A DNA stretch of 64,000 nucleotides, from assembly GCA_010093605.1 (NCBI GenBank), contig MU004183.1:2108001-2172000 (forward strand), given 5' to 3'. The position numbers and the translations under genes are program-made. Source of the DNA: Lophium mytilinum (Eukaryota). Shown here one piece after another: positions 59,688 through 64,000 of the stretch (the first letter of the stretch is position 1; each line of letters begins with the position of its first letter). Under the pieces are notes generated by a model. That model made no database searches. It was not told the DNA's origin and saw nothing but the letters and a program-made list of their open reading frames with translations.

Positions 59688-62131
59688 GGCCGCGATATCG
59701 ACGCCCGGTCGTGCAGACACGATTTCAGTGCCGGTGAAGGAGGAGAGAAAAGCTGTGTGCGAGACTCCAGGTGTGATTGAAAGAGCGAGAGAAAGAGAGG
59801 TGGTGGGTGTTGTAGAGTGGAGAGGGAAAAGAGAGGTGGTGACTTGATGTTTGCAAGACAGGCAGGAGCCGCCCACGGGCAACGTCAAGCACGTCAACAG
59901 TCACAGTTCTTAAATAACGATGACTATCATCGCTAAAGCATTTCCTCGAAATTATGATCGTGCAACGAAGCAGCGAGAAGACTTACAAGCAGTACTACAA
60001 ACCGAAACAGCGGAGTCATCTCTGCCGGGCACCTCTCGCATCCATGCCTCAGAGGACCGCATCCGCAAGTGCAGCAAATACCTCTCTCCGATACTTATCG
60101 CGAACGTTTGACTCAGCCAATGGCTTATCACAGCAGCAATTCACCCTGGTCGGCGTTTTGTTTGTGCTCTGGAGTTCTCGATAAACCTAACATCGACCTA
60201 CTTGGCCCGCGCACAACATGTTCTATGCCTGTTCCCTCTCTCCTCCTTCTTCTCTTCAAGGGCGTCGGGAGTCATCACCACCATCATCATCATTACTGGC
60301 TAGCACTGCTGATGTCTCCAGGCCTCCCCCATGTCTGGTCAAAGAATGCCGGTCGGTCGTGCTGGTGGCACGTTCTGCGTCTACCCTGGGACATAATGCG
60401 ATAACTGCCTTTCTGCTTGTAGCGACGGCGACATTCAAACTTCGATTCCTTGCCCAGACCCGCACACCAGGTTCATCCTCAGGTTTCCATGCGCAGTGGA
60501 TTCAATTACAGGGTCTGGCGCCTGGTTGGGCGTTTGCTTCGGCATAAAGCAACCAAACCCTTCTTCATTATACCGCCCAGCTTGTCTGGGAGTGTGAAAA
60601 AGAACTTCCTGCCTTTATCGGAGTTCGGAGTCTAGAGAGATGCTAGAATGCGACGAGGATGGATCAAATATAATGAAAGGGAACTGGGACTGAGAGGGAG
60701 GGATAGATGGGCTGGTGGTGACGAAATATTTGTTGTAGTGGGATCGGAAACCTTGAGCACAGGTTCAACCAATATGGCTATCCTCCCCTACTGACATCTT
60801 GAAAACATCTTACCCTAATTAAGTACACGAATAACTAGCTGGAAAGAAACAAACAGCAATGAACGGCCATAGCCCGCTGAGTCAATGCGTCCGCGGGTAA
60901 TTCAAGGGAGAGATTTTGTTTTCACTCAGTCATTAGAACCACGTGTTGGAAACTTTGGAACCAAAGAGTTCTCAAGTGCTATAAATTTACTCGAAGTTAA
61001 TTATGCAAGCGTCATTGGGAGGAAGCAACTCGGCCAAAAGTTTTGAACACCGACCCTTTCGAGTTATGATAGTTCTCTAGAGAATAGGATCACGTTTTGA
61101 AGCTCCCAAACGATTCAGCATCGGCTGGGCTATGGCTTTGACGGATTAAGGGTTCATCAGGCATTGTGGCGGAGGTCAGTACAAAGGTACCTTTGTAGGC
61201 TCGGAGTTAAAACAAGATTTTGTAGCAAGATGCCTGCGTCCAAACGCGGTTTAGCTTCCCGATCACAACTAACGTTACCTACTACTCATTGAGATTCTCC
61301 ACATTCTTGTGCTTGAAATCCACTGTGGCCAGTCGAAGAGAAAAGCATTATAACACCATCCAATGTTATACAAACATCTGTTGATTTGATGTTTGATTAA
61401 CTGTGTTTTGAGATAATTGTTCCCGGAGGGGTTTCAGCATTGTTTGATACCTGTTTCAGATGATTTCTTCCAACTATTATCCTTTATAGAGCAACACACA
61501 CATCAACGACCAGGTTTTCACAGTGTCCAGTAAACAAAGATTCTCTATACAGATAGCCATTAGCTTCATCAAGGCGCTTCGCAAGCGCTTTGAGCTATGT
61601 TGCCACCAAGTCCGAAGAGCTTCACATGTCTAACACAACCGAGAGTACAGGCCTCAACGGATCTTATGCACTACACGCACTGGCGCCAATCGACGCCACA
61701 GGGAGCAGCTTGACACGCCGCTTGGCACATCTCCGGTTCCTGATCTCCCCTTACAGCCCCAAAAAACAAGCTCATCCAAGCCCAAGCCAAGGCCAACGTC
61801 ATCAGAGCCTCAGCCACCAGCTTTCATGCGCCGCTGGAACGTCAACTATCCGGTTTCACGTGCCACCTCGATACCGCATCGGTCTCAATCCTCCATCAAC
61901 GTCTGTCTCAAGTCCTAGGGGGCTGATAATGCTTTGGCCAGGCCGATGGGGAATCATACAAAAGATCATGCCTCCCACTTGGCGATGAATCCATCAACTG
62001 CACTTCTCGCTTTCAAGTTATACTCTATTTTCTTACCATCACATTCCTTTGTCGCCGGCCGACCGTTTACATTCTCTCAAAAGCCATTTCAAGTCAACTC
62101 GTTTCGTTATCACACGCCTTAAACCGCAACT

Positions 62132-62336
62132 ATGAAGTTCACCGCCATTATCGCTGCTGTGCTCTCTTTGGCTACGTTCGTTGTTGCGGCTCCAGTTCCT
62201 GCGACTGAAGGTGGGGACAGATACTGTCTTGGTGCAGGACCTCAAGCTAATTCGTGTAGATGTTAAAGAACGCCAGAACCATGGCATGTGCGTCACTTCC
62301 GACGGCACCACAGTCACCCAGATCGAGGGCTGCTAG
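62132..62336 (+). CDS. Small secreted peptide precursor, 51 aa (intron 62211-62259)
   Basis: MKFTAIIAAVLSLATFVVA-APVPATEDVKER-QNHGMCVTSDGTTVTQIEGC*; classic signal peptide; GT..GCTAAT..TAG intron. Confidence 0.75.
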
Positions 62337-62792
62337 ACACACCACCCATGGAATTGAAGGGTGAAGGGATCCTGCGCGAAAAGGAAGGCTGACGACGAGC
62401 ACGCGTAGACAGGCGACCAATCCAAACATTGCCTAAGAGTACTGTCAAATGGAGGTACGGGGTTTTCTGGGTCGTTGAAAGACCCGGTCGCTGTAGTCTT
62501 GTTCGACATTGGAGTTTTACAAAGGAAATTAAAGCTTCTTACGGCTATTAGTAATGACGGATGCATATCATGGGAAGACTAGAGTGGAGGTTTTGAATGA
62601 AACTGTACTGGATTTGATACCGAGTCTTAACAGACAGGAAGATGATGATAATGATGATGCTAGTGAAAGGGTATATTGCCGTATTTCCGAAGATGCCATA
62701 TTGTAAATGCTAAGAGTGATAGTGTCGCCCCCGCTATAGACCATATAAGTCTCGGCCATGTCTTTGAAGCAAGAGATCAATTCCTCTCCCCA

Positions 62793-63827
62793 TCAATCAC
62801 CCTCCCCGAAGTCACTGTGACCAGTCGCTGTTGCATGCTTGACCGCGTCCTTTTCACCCTTCCCCTTCCATCCGCAAAGATTGCATTTGATCGAGAACTT
62901 CTGGGTATTGGTGTAGTATCCCCCCTTCTGTAGCTTCCGGCAGAGCTCTACGGCAGCTTCCAGGATCTCATCTGCATCGGCGTCGAAGACTTTCTGGTCC
63001 AGCTCGGCGCCCAAGTCTGCATGCGTATGCGGAGGATCTGACGGGCTGATTGCTATCGTATCGTAGTGGACCCCGGAGTACACCACAATACACCTCCGCG
63101 GTTGTCCCTCGTTGAACCGGTAAACATGCAGATTCTCGACGTCGATACTGCAGATCTCAACGCCAAATTGCTCCGACAGGATGGTGAGTTCAATGGATCC
63201 ACCCCACGACGACTCCATCTGTATCCACTTGCAGTACTCGTCGGGTGTTTGCTCGAGTGTGACGGCGTTGTATTTCTCCGGGTCATTTTGGATAGCTTGG
63301 GCAACCACTGATCGCAGCTCCGTCATGGCATCCAGCTCATCGCTCAGCACTGCGCTTGAGATAGCCCGGAACAAACAGCTGTTATCATCCGGCATGACGC
63401 GGAGTACTACAGTGGCGCCGTGAGAGGGCAAAGGTATTTCCGGTGGATCTTCGAGATTCTTCCGCCGCTTCAAGGAGAGAGGTCCCATCTGATCCTTCGG
63501 TTTCGACCTCGAAGGTATAGGGGGAGGTGTGAGGGTGTTCGATGTACTCTGAGAGGACGGATCTGAAGTGGAAGGTTGTGCGGAGCCTTCGCTTTCTCGT
63601 GCCAGTACAATAAGTTGTTCCCCGTTGAGTTTCAGATCTGTCTCTTTGAGGAGAGTCGGAAGACCGTAGAGCGAGGGATCGAGAGGCTGTGGAGGGAAAC
63701 CCCATTTAAGGTCGAACTCTGCAAGACTGGATGCTTCTGATATGCTGGTGAGCAGATCGCAGACAGTGGCGTCATCGGAGAGAGTGATGGTAGAAACGCC
63801 CGAGGGCGCTCGTATTCTTAAGCGCAT
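62793..63827 (-). CDS. OTU1: Ubiquitin thioesterase Otu1 (UBX-like, OTU, C2H2 domains)
   Basis: MRLRIRAP, GFPP, MPDDNSCLF, WGGSIEL, YSGVHYD, CNLC...HATATGH. Confidence 0.96.
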   Translation of the reverse strand: MRLRIRAPSGVSTITLSDDATVCDLLTSISEASSLAEFDLKWGFPPQPLDPSLYGLPTLLKETDLKLNGEQLIVLARESEGSAQPSTSDPSSQSTSNTLTPPPIPSRSKPKDQMGPLSLKRRKNLEDPPEIPLPSHGATVVLRVMPDDNSCLFRAISSAVLSDELDAMTELRSVVAQAIQNDPEKYNAVTLEQTPDEYCKWIQMESSWGGSIELTILSEQFGVEICSIDVENLHVYRFNEGQPRRCIVVYSGVHYDTIAISPSDPPHTHADLGAELDQKVFDADADEILEAAVELCRKLQKGGYYTNTQKFSIKCNLCGWKGKGEKDAVKHATATGHSDFGEGD

Positions 63828-64000
63828 AGTCGGTCGTGGCAAAGGTCGGTCGAGTGGATTCTAGAGGTAAGGTTCTCAAGCAAACAGGTCGTAGCAATCC
63901 TCGGTTCCTTCCGAGGCTCGGTCGCGGGCTGTGGTGCGATGCAAACACGCGGATTGAAGTGCAGGAGTCCTTTGAGAACAGCGAGGGGTGTGGTATCCAC

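Noticed and set aside
60069..60404. ORF containing a His7 run
   Set aside because: Explained by a CAT/CAC microsatellite in an intergenic region; no other coding evidence
61180..61197. 18-bp perfect palindrome TACAAAGGTACCTTTGTA
   Set aside because: Isolated, with no associated element or recognisable motif

Overview
Gene-dense, intron-containing DNA from a filamentous ascomycete (Pezizomycotina). It has GT..CTRAY..YAG introns and about 27 protein genes. Housekeeping genes include phosphoglucomutase, BPL1, COA4, BSD2, CBP6, MCP1, DUO1, RNH202, MCM10, a tubulin-tyrosine-ligase-family protein, galactokinase, a Grainyhead/CP2 transcription factor and OTU1. Accessory genes include a PTH11-like receptor, an aldehyde reductase, RING and C2H2 proteins, a kinase, and a HET-domain gene head-to-head with a membrane protein. 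Main observations: (1) a 240-bp long-TIR element with a target-site duplication sits in the last codons of the HET gene; excising it restores a ...TQAWIID* terminus, and the gene also carries a 1-bp frameshift. (2) A spliced 51-aa secreted-peptide precursor is absent from the ORF track. (3) A 'hypothetical' protein carries the motif order of the Rum1/Sic1 CDK inhibitor, within a run of four cell-cycle genes. (4) Two further TA-flanked MITE families occur, each in two copies, one nested inside an intronic hairpin. (5) Decayed TPR and RIP-like relics lie near 14 kb. No tRNA, rRNA or CRISPR was recognised. All family assignments come from motif recognition, not database searches.
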